DNA of 32,000 nt from Alkalilimnicola ehrlichii MLHE-1 (GCF_000014785.1 NC_008340.1:2700001-2732000), one strand, 5' to 3'; numbered from the stretch's first letter, positions 16,823 to 26,172 are shown. The notes: generated by a model not told the origin, from the sequence alone. Translations and numbers: made by a program.

Positions 16823-19741
16823 TCAGGCGCGGTGGCGACGACGGCCCAGGATGACGCCGAGCAGGGCCAGGATGGCCAGCAGCGGCAGGGTCGGGTCGGC
16901 GGGGCCACCGGCACTGTTGCCCGCCACGCTGCAGGCGGAACCCCGGCGGGTCATCTCGAACTCCTCCTCATCCTCGTCCGTGATCCGGTCCGGTTCCGCG
17001 GGCTGGTCCGAGCTGATCACCGAGCCGGCGCTGACCTTGTAGGTGCCCTCGTCGGCGGTCTCATCCTCATGCTCGACCGTGACCACCAGGTCCTGCAGCT
17101 CCGCACCGCCAACCATACCTTCGTCATTGGCGGTCTCCAGCCAGTCCCGATCCAGGACGGTGTAGAGGTAGCCGTTGCGGGCGACGAAGTCCTCATCGTC
17201 CAGGCTGAAGGTCAGCAGCACCTCGCTGCCATCGCCGGTGTAGATCGTCACGATGGGCTGCATGCCCAGGCCAAAGGATGCCACCCGCAGAGAGACATCG
17301 CCCTCGTCCGGGACGCTGGTACCGACCAGGCGGAAGCAATCCCTATCGCTGGCGGCATCGATCCGCCCCGGGATAGTCGTGTTATCGGCCTCGAGCGGCG
17401 TGCAGGCGCCCGGCAGGGCGGGATCATCCGCGTGATCGTCGTCCTGAAAACCATCCACGGTGAACTGCGTGGTCGCCACGCGCTGGAAGTTCTCCGGGAT
17501 CGGCTCCGGATCCGGGGCCTGCACCTCCATGCCATTGATGTCCGGCGCCGGGGCCACACCCCCGTACACGAACTGGCCGGTCCCGGCCTGGTTGTCCACC
17601 CGGACGCGCAGCTCGTGGGTACCACCCTGCCGGTAGTTCACCACGGCCGAGTAGATGCCATCACCGGCCTCCGCGTCACCGTTCTGGCCCTCGTCGTTGA
17701 GCGGCACGGTGGTGACGTTCCCGTCGGGATCGGTCAGCTCGGCGACCACATTGACCCCCGAGACCATCCGCCCGGCGGAGATCGCGGCCGAGATCAGCGC
17801 GGGTGACGGGTATTCCACCGTGCTGCCACCCAGGGTACTGACCCGCACGTCAAAGGTCCGACCGTCCGCCGGGTTGGCCACCACATTCAGGAGCACCTCC
17901 ACTTCACCGCCGGAGGTATTCTCCCCGGTGTCGACGGTCCAGTCGCCGACGCCACCCGCCGATACCGCGTCGCGGTCCACGGTGGCGAGGCAGGAGACCT
18001 CATCGGCTGACTCGTCGCAGCTGAACGGGATTCCGGTGTCGTTGCCGTCACTGTCCAACAGCGTGGGGGACAACTGGTCGGCACTGCCGGTGAAGTTAAG
18101 GAGCACGGTCATCGAGCCCAGGGTGGGGTCCACGGTGAAGGTGAGCCGCTCGTTGGCGCCCGCAGCGACCGGCTGCGACTCCTGACTCAGGTTGACCGCA
18201 TCGGACACGGCGGCGTTGGCCGCCAGGAAGGCCTCCTGGATCTCGGCCAGGGTCGTGGGTGAGGCGAAGAACTCACCGCCGGTGTTATCGGCGAGCCGCC
18301 GCAACACCCCGGTGGGTGCGAAGCTGCCATAGCCGAAGGCGATGATGGGGACGTTGGCATCCTGGTAGGCCTGGACGGTCTGCGGCTCTGTCGCAGCGGA
18401 GCTGTTGTCGCCACCATCGGAGAGCAGGAAGGCCACCTGCCCGGCATCGGTATCGTTGGCGGCGCTGTAATCCTGCAGTTCGTCCAAGCCCAGTATCAGG
18501 CCATCGAACATGGCGGTCAGCCCGGAGGCCGGGAGGCTGTCGATGGCGTCCTTGAGCTGGTCCTTTTCCGCCGTACCCGGGTCCGGGATGGCGATCATGG
18601 GGTGGACCACCGAGGCACTCGCCGAGAAGCGCACGACGCCCATGGCGGTACGGCCAGGCTCGACCACATCCACCAGGGTCCGACCGGCTGTGCGGGCGTT
18701 GATGATGGGAGCGCCGCTCATGCTCCCGGAGGTGTCGACAATGAGCGAGATCTCCAGGTCATCGTCCATCCAGACGATCTCCAGCTCATCGCGGCAACCG
18801 TGATCCATCTGATCGAGCTGGGTGACCACCCAGTTATCCGCCGCCGTCGGCGCCACGGCCTCCAGGGCCGTATACCGGGTCCGGTCAGGCTGAACGGTCT
18901 CGTTACCCTCCTGTGGATCGTCGGTGGTGGGTTGGACCAACACCTCCCAGCCGCTCTTGCCGTAGACCCGGCCCTGGGCGGTATCCTCCGGATCGCCGAT
19001 GTTGTCACTGGTGGAGTGGTTCAACCACTCGTAGTTACCGCCGCGGGCCTGCCACTGGCTGTTCATGATGGCCGGGCTGGTGGGCACATCGCCAACCTGC
19101 GGGAAGGTATCGCGATTCTCCGCCGGGTCGCGCCCCTCGTACTCATCATACAGGGCAAGCACGTAGTGGCCCCACTCGTGCCCCAGGGTGTAGCCGGCGC
19201 CCTCGGCATCGGCCAGCATGTCGTAGTCGCAGCCATTACCGCAGCCGTCGGGGAAGATATCCCCCATCCAGATGTGCCGCCCGGCACTGCCGAACCCCGC
19301 GATACTGGCCCGCGGCCACTCCTCCTCGTTCCAGATAATGTCGGCCCGGGAGCCGTGGCCGCCGTTGGTGAAGACCCGCACGGTACCGAGCTGGCTGGCC
19401 CCGTTGCTCTGCTCGCAGACCGAGTCGGCGAAGTGTTCGATCACGGCCTCGTAGGGATCCCGCTCGTTTTCGGTCTCCGGGTTGTTGTGCAGGGAAATGG
19501 TGATATCGAAGACGGTCGTGCCGGCGTCCGTGGAGGCCCCCACCACCCGGTCGCTGCCCGCGGCGGTGAGGCCCTGGGCGCTCGCCGGGGCCGTATCGGC
19601 ACCGATCCGCGCCTTGGAGAACCAGGAATCCCCGGCGGAGAGCGGTGCGCTGATCATGGCGGCGCTGAGGCCGGCGCAGAACAGCCCGGTGTACCAGGAC
19701 CGCCGTTTCTCGACATGGCGGTCGACGTGTCTGATGTTCAT
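16823..19741 (-). CDS. Secreted CLCA-like protein: HEXXH metalloprotease + von Willebrand factor A domain + C-terminal JDVT-CTERM-like sorting tail
   Basis: Start MNIRHVDRHVEKRRSW with GGAGG RBS. HEWGHYVLALYDEY, VWA MIDAS (LIVDTSGSMSGAP ... LLSDGGDN). Tail MTRRGSACSVAGNSAGGPADPTLPLLAILALLGVILGRRRHRA. Confidence 0.9.
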   Translation of the reverse strand: MNIRHVDRHVEKRRSWYTGLFCAGLSAAMISAPLSAGDSWFSKARIGADTAPASAQGLTAAGSDRVVGASTDAGTTVFDITISLHNNPETENERDPYEAVIEHFADSVCEQSNGASQLGTVRVFTNGGHGSRADIIWNEEEWPRASIAGFGSAGRHIWMGDIFPDGCGNGCDYDMLADAEGAGYTLGHEWGHYVLALYDEYEGRDPAENRDTFPQVGDVPTSPAIMNSQWQARGGNYEWLNHSTSDNIGDPEDTAQGRVYGKSGWEVLVQPTTDDPQEGNETVQPDRTRYTALEAVAPTAADNWVVTQLDQMDHGCRDELEIVWMDDDLEISLIVDTSGSMSGAPIINARTAGRTLVDVVEPGRTAMGVVRFSASASVVHPMIAIPDPGTAEKDQLKDAIDSLPASGLTAMFDGLILGLDELQDYSAANDTDAGQVAFLLSDGGDNSSAATEPQTVQAYQDANVPIIAFGYGSFAPTGVLRRLADNTGGEFFASPTTLAEIQEAFLAANAAVSDAVNLSQESQPVAAGANERLTFTVDPTLGSMTVLLNFTGSADQLSPTLLDSDGNDTGIPFSCDESADEVSCLATVDRDAVSAGGVGDWTVDTGENTSGGEVEVLLNVVANPADGRTFDVRVSTLGGSTVEYPSPALISAAISAGRMVSGVNVVAELTDPDGNVTTVPLNDEGQNGDAEAGDGIYSAVVNYRQGGTHELRVRVDNQAGTGQFVYGGVAPAPDINGMEVQAPDPEPIPENFQRVATTQFTVDGFQDDDHADDPALPGACTPLEADNTTIPGRIDAASDRDCFRLVGTSVPDEGDVSLRVASFGLGMQPIVTIYTGDGSEVLLTFSLDDEDFVARNGYLYTVLDRDWLETANDEGMVGGAELQDLVVTVEHEDETADEGTYKVSAGSVISSDQPAEPDRITDEDEEEFEMTRRGSACSVAGNSAGGPADPTLPLLAILALLGVILGRRRHRA

Positions 19742-19823
19742 TGCGTTCTCCTCTTCCTTCTTTCGCCTTTGCTCAACAGAATCTGCTCCCTGCTTGTTGG
19801 CTACGTCCTGTTCGATCAGTCGG

Positions 19824-20627
19824 TCAGTGCCGTTGGAAGATCTGGACCAGACCCGATGCCTCCCCCACGGCGGCGCGATAGGCACGCCCCGGTTCTATTC
19901 CGAGGCCCGCGAGATCGTCCGTGCCACAGGGGGCGAGGGGCACAAAGCGGCCCGGGTTGGCCTCGGCCTCCTGCAGCTCAGGGTGGTCAGCCAGGGTGTC
20001 TGCCGAAACCGCCACCTGGGGCGACCGGCGCGCGCCCTCCGGCGCGGGCAGAAATTGGAGGTAATGACCCTCCGGCTGTTCAGTGAGGGACACCTCAGCG
20101 GTCAGTACCTGGAGCGCATCGGCCAGCGCCGCGAGGGCCTCAGGCAACGCCTCAGGCTCCCCGCTCCCGATAAAGCGCTTGCCCGCCGGGCTCCGATAAG
20201 CGAAGTACAGCCGTGTCGGCCGGAAGTCGGAGATAGGCCCGTCCGCTTCCGGTCGGGCCAACGTGTGATCGCCGGTGAGGTACTGCGAGAGGGCGTGGAA
20301 TCGCGCCGGTGCAATGCGACCGGAACGCACCTCCGGAAGGGCGCCATCCGTGCGGTAGTGGGCCGTCTGGAGTCGACCCGCGGCATCCAGGCGCACGGTA
20401 TGGCCGTCGGTATGGCGGCCACCCAGCCCCCCTTCAATGCGGGCCATGTAAACGAAGGCCGCCCCGGGTACGCCGCCATCGGCGTGCACCGGGGCCACAG
20501 GCAGTCCAACCGCGGCCACCAGGCCCAGCATCACCCCCAGGGCCAGCCCCACACACCACCCCCTGTCGGGGAAGCGGTGCAGCCGATTCGGATCCGTTGG
20601 AGTGATCAGGCACATGGTTACCGCCAT
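19824..20627 (-). CDS. Uncharacterised secreted protein
   Basis: Start at MAVTMCLITP preceded by GGAG. Hydrophobic signal-like WCVGLALGVMLGLVAAVGLPVAPVHADGG. No recognised domain. Same strand as neighbouring secreted genes. Confidence 0.7.
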   Translation of the reverse strand: MAVTMCLITPTDPNRLHRFPDRGWCVGLALGVMLGLVAAVGLPVAPVHADGGVPGAAFVYMARIEGGLGGRHTDGHTVRLDAAGRLQTAHYRTDGALPEVRSGRIAPARFHALSQYLTGDHTLARPEADGPISDFRPTRLYFAYRSPAGKRFIGSGEPEALPEALAALADALQVLTAEVSLTEQPEGHYLQFLPAPEGARRSPQVAVSADTLADHPELQEAEANPGRFVPLAPCGTDDLAGLGIEPGRAYRAAVGEASGLVQIFQRH

Positions 20628-20825
20628 TGGCCTCTCCGTTCCGCAATCTGCAGGCACGCAAAGCGCATCACCACACTCTGCGAGCCGCAGCTGGGCATCC
20701 CTGCAGCCAGCCCCACAATCCAGCGGAGGGCGGGGTGCGCCAAACGAGGTCTACGCACCGACCGCCTCATCCCTAAGGTGGTCGGCGCGCAGCCCGGGAA
20801 CCTCCTTCAAGTCGTCAGCGTGACT

Positions 20826-22676
20826 TCAATCTGCGCGACGGCGACGGCCGACCAGGGCGCCGAGCAGGGCCAGGACGGCCAGCAGCGGCAGGGTCGGGTC
20901 GGCGGGACCCGCCGCACCGGTACCGGTCACGCTGCAGGCGGAGCCCCGGCGGGTCCGTTCATGCTCCTCGTCGTCGGGGTCGTCCACCACGCCGTCCAAG
21001 GCCTGGGCAAGGACCGTGTTGCAGTCACTCTCGTCGGTGGTCACCGCGAGCCCCTGGAAGACCTCAGACTCGTCGTCATCGTTGGCCCGCATCTCCACCT
21101 CGATCTGCACATAGCGGCCCTCGACGCCATCCGGCAGCGGCTCTCCGGGCGTGAAGACCTGGAAAGGGGCGGCTTCCAGGGCCTCGAGAGAGTCTGCGGC
21201 ACGGATGCGGTAGGTACTCTCCGCGTTCTCGGGGGACTCGGTGATGCTGACGCAGCTATCGGCCCAGACGTACTCCGGAATGTCCTCCTCCTGGGTTCCA
21301 CCCACCTGAGCCGCGGCCACCGTGCCGCCGCCGGCCGCGCCGAGCACCTCTCGCACGTGGCCATCGACAATGATCCGGCCGATGCCCGTGCGACGCCCGA
21401 GGCCCCGGGTACCCAGGCCCGTCGCATCGCTATAGGTGTAGGGCCCGGCACCGGAGAGGAAGACCCCGAGGGGCTCGCCATCCTCGCCGCGGTACTTGGA
21501 CAGGCGGTCATGATTGACGTGAATGGCCCAGACATCGCCGTTGGCGTCCAGCACCACGCCACGCACATGCCCGGTGTCCTCCTGCGCCGGGGACTCCCAG
21601 ATCAGATCGCCATCGGGGGTGTATTTGGCCACGCCCCCGGCAGAGGAGTCGCCCACCACGACATTGCCGTCGGGACCGTAGGCGATCCCCAGCACGCTCA
21701 TGTTGTCGTCACTGGGGTCATCGAACTCCTCCGTTGCCTTATTGAAGCGAATGAAGGGGTTAACGCCCAAGAAGACGTAGTCGTCGGAAACGGCAATCCC
21801 GTAATTGGACCCGAACCCTGAATGACTGTGTCTGGCCACCCACTCCCCGGTGTTGGTATTCAGCTGGCCCAGGTCACTGCCGAGGGCAGCACTCCAGAGC
21901 ATCCCGTCCCCATCCACCAGACAGCCATAGGGGGTATGGCCTTCCGTGTCGATTGGCCCCTGCAGCACCTGACCGGTGTCGCTGTCCAGCTGGTAGTAGG
22001 CCTGCCCCCTGTACATGCCCAGCCAGATCTGACCGTCGTTGTCGATGCACAGCGAGCGCCCCAAGTCGTTGTCATTGCCCACGGTGACGTGCCAGGCGAT
22101 CCGGTCGTCCTGCAGGTCCTCCGGATCCACCCGGCCGGTGTTGTTGGTGTCCTCCAGGGGCATCATCTCGGTGTCCGGGTCGATCATCCCCTCGCCATCC
22201 TCGTTGCGCGAGGTGTTCACCTGGCCGTCGCCCGCGTGGTCCACCGCCTCTTCATTCAGGATCTTGAGCACGGCGGGCGGCCGTCCGTCAAAGTGGCGGT
22301 TGGCGACATAGACATTCCCGCGGCTGTCCACCGCGGTACGGGAGGGCGCGGGGCCACCCCACGGGGAGCTGCTGGCCTGCTCGGGGAAGAAGGTCCAGTA
22401 GCGCGCCAGTTCCACCCCGGTGTTGGTGTCAATCTTGGACACCGAGGCCTCACCGGCATTGGCGACCCAGATGATGGGGAAGGTGGAGACCTCCTCGCTC
22501 ACCCGCATGACCCCATTATCGAACAGCAGCCCATTGTGCGTGCCGTTCTCTTCGATATCCTGGGGCAAGACCACGATACCTGCACCGTGACTCGCTGTGC
22601 TAGCTGCCAGCAGCAGGGCGCCCACGCTCGCACCCAGGCCAACCCGGCCAACCCGATTCTTGATTAACGGTTTCAT
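20826..22676 (-). CDS. Secreted beta-propeller (NHL/SMP-30-like) protein with C-terminal JDVT-CTERM-like sorting tail
   Basis: Start MKPLIKNRVGRVGLGASVGALLLAASTASHG with GAGGAGG upstream. Repeats such as DSRGNVYVANR, IDNDGQIWLGMYRG, AYGPDGNVVVGDSSAGG, DANGDVWAIHVN. Tail RTRRGSACSVTGTGAAGPADPTLPLLAVLALLGALVGRRRRAD. Confidence 0.88.
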   Translation of the reverse strand: MKPLIKNRVGRVGLGASVGALLLAASTASHGAGIVVLPQDIEENGTHNGLLFDNGVMRVSEEVSTFPIIWVANAGEASVSKIDTNTGVELARYWTFFPEQASSSPWGGPAPSRTAVDSRGNVYVANRHFDGRPPAVLKILNEEAVDHAGDGQVNTSRNEDGEGMIDPDTEMMPLEDTNNTGRVDPEDLQDDRIAWHVTVGNDNDLGRSLCIDNDGQIWLGMYRGQAYYQLDSDTGQVLQGPIDTEGHTPYGCLVDGDGMLWSAALGSDLGQLNTNTGEWVARHSHSGFGSNYGIAVSDDYVFLGVNPFIRFNKATEEFDDPSDDNMSVLGIAYGPDGNVVVGDSSAGGVAKYTPDGDLIWESPAQEDTGHVRGVVLDANGDVWAIHVNHDRLSKYRGEDGEPLGVFLSGAGPYTYSDATGLGTRGLGRRTGIGRIIVDGHVREVLGAAGGGTVAAAQVGGTQEEDIPEYVWADSCVSITESPENAESTYRIRAADSLEALEAAPFQVFTPGEPLPDGVEGRYVQIEVEMRANDDDESEVFQGLAVTTDESDCNTVLAQALDGVVDDPDDEEHERTRRGSACSVTGTGAAGPADPTLPLLAVLALLGALVGRRRRAD

Positions 22677-22740
22677 TTCCATCCTCCTCAGCAAACCGGT
22701 GGAGCGGCCCCGTTCAGGGCCCCGCCCCGCCCCAAGTTAG

Positions 22741-23805
22741 TCACTGCCCTGTGCGGGGCGAATGCATGTATGCGGGCTGCGCAAACACCAGCGACGGCTC
22801 CGCACCATCGACCCGACCGCGAAACAATTCCGCTGCACCGCCCTTTTGCGACACGAAGACAACCTCCCCCCCATCATTTGGCAGCCAGACCGGCTGAGCC
22901 AGCTGTCCGTCAAGGGTGGCGACCGTTACCGGTCGGCCGTCATCGGGGAAGCGGGAGGCGTAGATATTGGTCTTGGTCTCCTCCGGAGCGGGGGTCGCCG
23001 TGGAGGCATAGACGAGCCAGTCCCCGTCGGTGGACCAAACCGGGAAACCCCGTACGTTGCCCGGGGCGGACGCGACCTGCTCCGAGTGGCCCTCCTGAAC
23101 GTGCAACACGTAAAGTTGCACCTCGCGGCGGTTATCGGTGGAGGCGGTATAGGCCAGGTAATCGCCGCTGGGGTGCCAGGCGAGGGACTGCACATTCCCG
23201 GCATGCCGGTCATTGGGCACCAGGATACTGTGCCCGTCGTCCTCAAGATCGATCACCATGATGGCATTGCCACCCTCGCCCCCGGGCCGCGCGATGACAG
23301 CCAACTGCCCCCCATCCGGCGACCAACGCAGGGCCTCCGGAGAACGCACCGCCTCGCTGAGCAACCGCGCCTCCCCGGTGGCCAGGTCCAGTAGGAAGAC
23401 CCCGCGCGGACTGACCCGGCTGGAGGTGAAGGCGAGATAATCGCCGGAGGGGTGCCACTGGGGCATGAAGTCCATGCGCTCGCTGTGGGTGAGACGTTGC
23501 TGGTTGCTGCCGTCTGCGTCCATCAGGTAGATATCGCCGTTGCCGTCCCGCCGGGAGACAAAGGCAATCCGCTGGCGGTCAGGCGACCAGCGCGGGTCCA
23601 TGTCGGAGTGGGCCGGATCGGTCAACCGGACAATCGCGCCATCATTAAGACTGGCCGAGTAGATGCTCTGTGCCCCTTCCTGGTTGGAGACGAAGAGCAC
23701 GGCCGCGTCATCAGGCTTATCGTCCGCCGCCAGGGCCATACCCGGCAGGACCATGAGCCCGACCAGGAGGCCCAACCACCCTTGTTTGCGCTTACTCACT
23801 AACAA
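22741..23805 (-). CDS. Secreted TolB-like PD40 beta-propeller protein
   Basis: 354 aa. Signal peptide-like LLVGLMVLPGMALA. Repeats RLTDPAHSDMDPRWSPDRQRIAFVSRRDGNGDIYLMDADGSNQQRLTHSERMDFMPQWHPSGDYLAFTSSR. Related to TolB C-terminal repeats but not the full Tol-Pal protein. Confidence 0.85.
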   Translation of the reverse strand: MLVSKRKQGWLGLLVGLMVLPGMALAADDKPDDAAVLFVSNQEGAQSIYSASLNDGAIVRLTDPAHSDMDPRWSPDRQRIAFVSRRDGNGDIYLMDADGSNQQRLTHSERMDFMPQWHPSGDYLAFTSSRVSPRGVFLLDLATGEARLLSEAVRSPEALRWSPDGGQLAVIARPGGEGGNAIMVIDLEDDGHSILVPNDRHAGNVQSLAWHPSGDYLAYTASTDNRREVQLYVLHVQEGHSEQVASAPGNVRGFPVWSTDGDWLVYASTATPAPEETKTNIYASRFPDDGRPVTVATLDGQLAQPVWLPNDGGEVVFVSQKGGAAELFRGRVDGAEPSLVFAQPAYMHSPRTGQ

Positions 23806-24118
23806 TCACCCTTGTCTCGGCCAGCGGGGCGCCCGACGGGGAATAGGCCCGGAGCCGGTATTCGCCCGGCGCCATCCCCTCCAGCTCGAAGCGCAACGCA
23901 CCGTCCTCATCGGCCCGGATCGATTCAATGGTGTGACCACCACCCTCCCGGATCAGGTCCAGGTGCAATTCGGCCTCCGGCTGAAAGTTACCGCCCTGCA
24001 CCACTACGGTATCGCCCTCGTACAGCCCACTAGGAACGGTGAGAAAGGCACTTTGGGCTGTCACTATTCCCGGCAGGACGAGCGCGCCCGCAGACAACCA
24101 GGTCATCAGTCTTTTCAT
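23792..24118 (-). CDS. Small secreted protein, possible Ig/TIG-like fold
   Basis: 108 aa from MKRLMTWLSAGALVLPGIVTAQS. VPSGLYEGDTVVVQGGNFQPEAELHLDLIREGG...PGEYRLRAYSPSGAPLAETRVIVSE. 14-bp overlap with the PD40 gene. Confidence 0.72.
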   Translation of the reverse strand: MKRLMTWLSAGALVLPGIVTAQSAFLTVPSGLYEGDTVVVQGGNFQPEAELHLDLIREGGGHTIESIRADEDGALRFELEGMAPGEYRLRAYSPSGAPLAETRVIVSE

Positions 24119-24551
24119 CGGTCTTCTCCTACACCACGGTCTTTTGCTACGGCCCCGTGACCACCGGCATTGGCGCCAACGCCTGTCTCCGGGCCCAACT
24201 CGGAACCGCCCCAGTACATCCTCACCACCCGGAACCACATCGCCTGTATATGCGCACCGTATGAACCGAATGTGGCCGCCACACGAAACAACTACACCCC
24301 ATTATGTCGGTATCCGCAATAGCCTGTTTCTGGATAATAGCGCAGCCCCTGAAGATTGCACTAGCGTGAATAACACCCAAACAACAGTTCTGTCAGTTTT
24401 TTTTACGCAGCCAGTGGAACCTTGGCGCATCCAAGGGATTCTGACTAATTATTCAACGTATCGCCCACCGATTCCCGACTGTCAAGTGAGGGAACATCGG
24501 CAGGGACCAATGTGGGCAGGAAGTGCCTGAAAGGGCTGTTAACAGGCCCGG

Positions 24552-26087
24552 CTATTCCTCGCGGGTGACCCGCAGGACCTCCTCGACAGAGGTCTCGCCG
24601 GACAGCACCCGTCGGACGCCGTCGGCCCGGATGCTGGGGGTGAGGGTGCGGGCGTGGTGCTCCATCTGCTGCTCGCCGGCGCCGTCGTGGATCATGGTGC
24701 GCAGGGTTTCGTCCAGGGCGATGATCTCGTAGATGCCGGTGCGCCCCTGGTAGCCGGTCTGATGGCAGGCGTCGCAGCCGACCGGGGCGTGCAGGGTGGG
24801 TGGGTGTTGCGGGTCCAGGCCCAGCAGTTCGCATTCCGTGGCATCGGCGGTGTAGGGCTGGCGGCACTCCGGGCAGAGCAGCCGCACCAGGCGCTGGGCC
24901 ATCATGCCCAGCATACTGGAGGAGAGCAGGTAGGGTTCCACGCCCATGTCGCGCAGACGGGTGACCGCACCGATGGCGGTGTTGGTGTGGAGGGTGGAGA
25001 GCACCAGGTGGCCGGTGAGGCTGGCCTGGACGGCGATCTGTGCGGTCTCCAGGTCGCGGATCTCGCCGATCATGACCACGTCCGGGTCCTGGCGCAGGAT
25101 GGCGCGCAGGCCGCGGGCGAAGGTCATGTCCACCTTGGTGTTCACCTGTGTCTGGCTGACCCCGTCCAGGTAGTACTCGATGGGGTCCTCCACCGTCATG
25201 ATGTTGCGCTGCCGGTCGTTGATCCGGCTGATCGCGGCGTAGAGGGTGGTGGTCTTGCCCGACCCGGTGGGGCCGGTGACCAGCAGGATGCCGTGCGGCT
25301 TGTTGACCAGATCGGCCATGCACCGCAGGGTCTTCGGCTCCATGCCCAGGTGGGTCAGATCCAGCCGGCCGGCCCGCTTGTCCAGCAAGCGCAACACCAC
25401 GCGCTCGCCCTGCCCGGCCGGCAGCGTGGAGACCCGCACGTCCACGGCGCGGCCGGCCACCCGTAGGGAGATGCGGCCGTCCTGGGGCAGGCGCTTTTCC
25501 GCGATGTCGAGCTCGGCCATGACCTTGATGCGGGAGGTGAGCAGCGGGGCCAGGCCCACCGGCGGCTGCAACACCTCGCGCAGCACGCCGTCCACCCGGA
25601 AGCGCACCGTCATGCGGTGCTCGAAGGTCTCGATGTGGATGTCGGAGGCGTCCTCCTTGATGGCCTCGGTGAGCAGCGCGTTGATGAGGCGGATGATGGG
25701 CGCATCATCCTCGCTCTCCATCAGGTCCTCGGGCTCGGCCAGTTGCTCGGCGACGCTGTGCAGGTCCAGGTCGTCGCCGAGGCCGGCCATCATCTCGGCC
25801 GCTTCACCGGCGCTGCGCTCGTAGCACGCCTGCAGGTACTGGTTGAAGGTCTCGTCATCCACCTCCTCCAGGGCCAGCGGCCGCCCGAGCTGGCGGCGCA
25901 GTTCCACCAGGGCCTGGGGGCTGACGTCGGCGCGGCAGGCGATGCGGGCCGCCGCGTCGCTCCAATCCAGCGGCACGGCACCGTGGCGCCGGGCCCAGTT
26001 GAAGGAGACCGGACGGTGCTCCGAGACCGTGGGCGGCGGCCCCTCACCGCCCTGCAAGGCATCCAGTTGTTCGTCCACCGCGCTCAT
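24552..26087 (-). CDS. gspE: Type II secretion system ATPase E
   Basis: GILLVTGPTGSGKTTTLYAAISRIN (Walker A), LRAILRQDPDVVMIGEIRDLETAQIAVQASLTGHLVLSTLHTNTA, four-Cys zinc motif CPECRQ...CDACHQTGYQGRTGIYE. Confidence 0.97.
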   Translation of the reverse strand: MSAVDEQLDALQGGEGPPPTVSEHRPVSFNWARRHGAVPLDWSDAAARIACRADVSPQALVELRRQLGRPLALEEVDDETFNQYLQACYERSAGEAAEMMAGLGDDLDLHSVAEQLAEPEDLMESEDDAPIIRLINALLTEAIKEDASDIHIETFEHRMTVRFRVDGVLREVLQPPVGLAPLLTSRIKVMAELDIAEKRLPQDGRISLRVAGRAVDVRVSTLPAGQGERVVLRLLDKRAGRLDLTHLGMEPKTLRCMADLVNKPHGILLVTGPTGSGKTTTLYAAISRINDRQRNIMTVEDPIEYYLDGVSQTQVNTKVDMTFARGLRAILRQDPDVVMIGEIRDLETAQIAVQASLTGHLVLSTLHTNTAIGAVTRLRDMGVEPYLLSSSMLGMMAQRLVRLLCPECRQPYTADATECELLGLDPQHPPTLHAPVGCDACHQTGYQGRTGIYEIIALDETLRTMIHDGAGEQQMEHHARTLTPSIRADGVRRVLSGETSVEEVLRVTREE

Positions 26088-26172
26088 GGTCGGCAGCATA
26101 ACCCACGGGGGTGGGCCGGTGAAGCCGGCCCTGCGACAACTCGCTGCATGTCCGCTGCAACCGGTCGTGGTT

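Noticed and set aside
19482-21821. 779-aa plus-strand ORF
   Set aside because: Antisense across the starts and ends of three well-supported minus-strand secreted-protein genes; no domain-like sequence.
22741-23805. Calling this gene tolB
   Set aside because: Has the PD40 propeller repeats but is shorter than Tol-Pal TolB and is not next to tol/pal genes, so no symbol was assigned.
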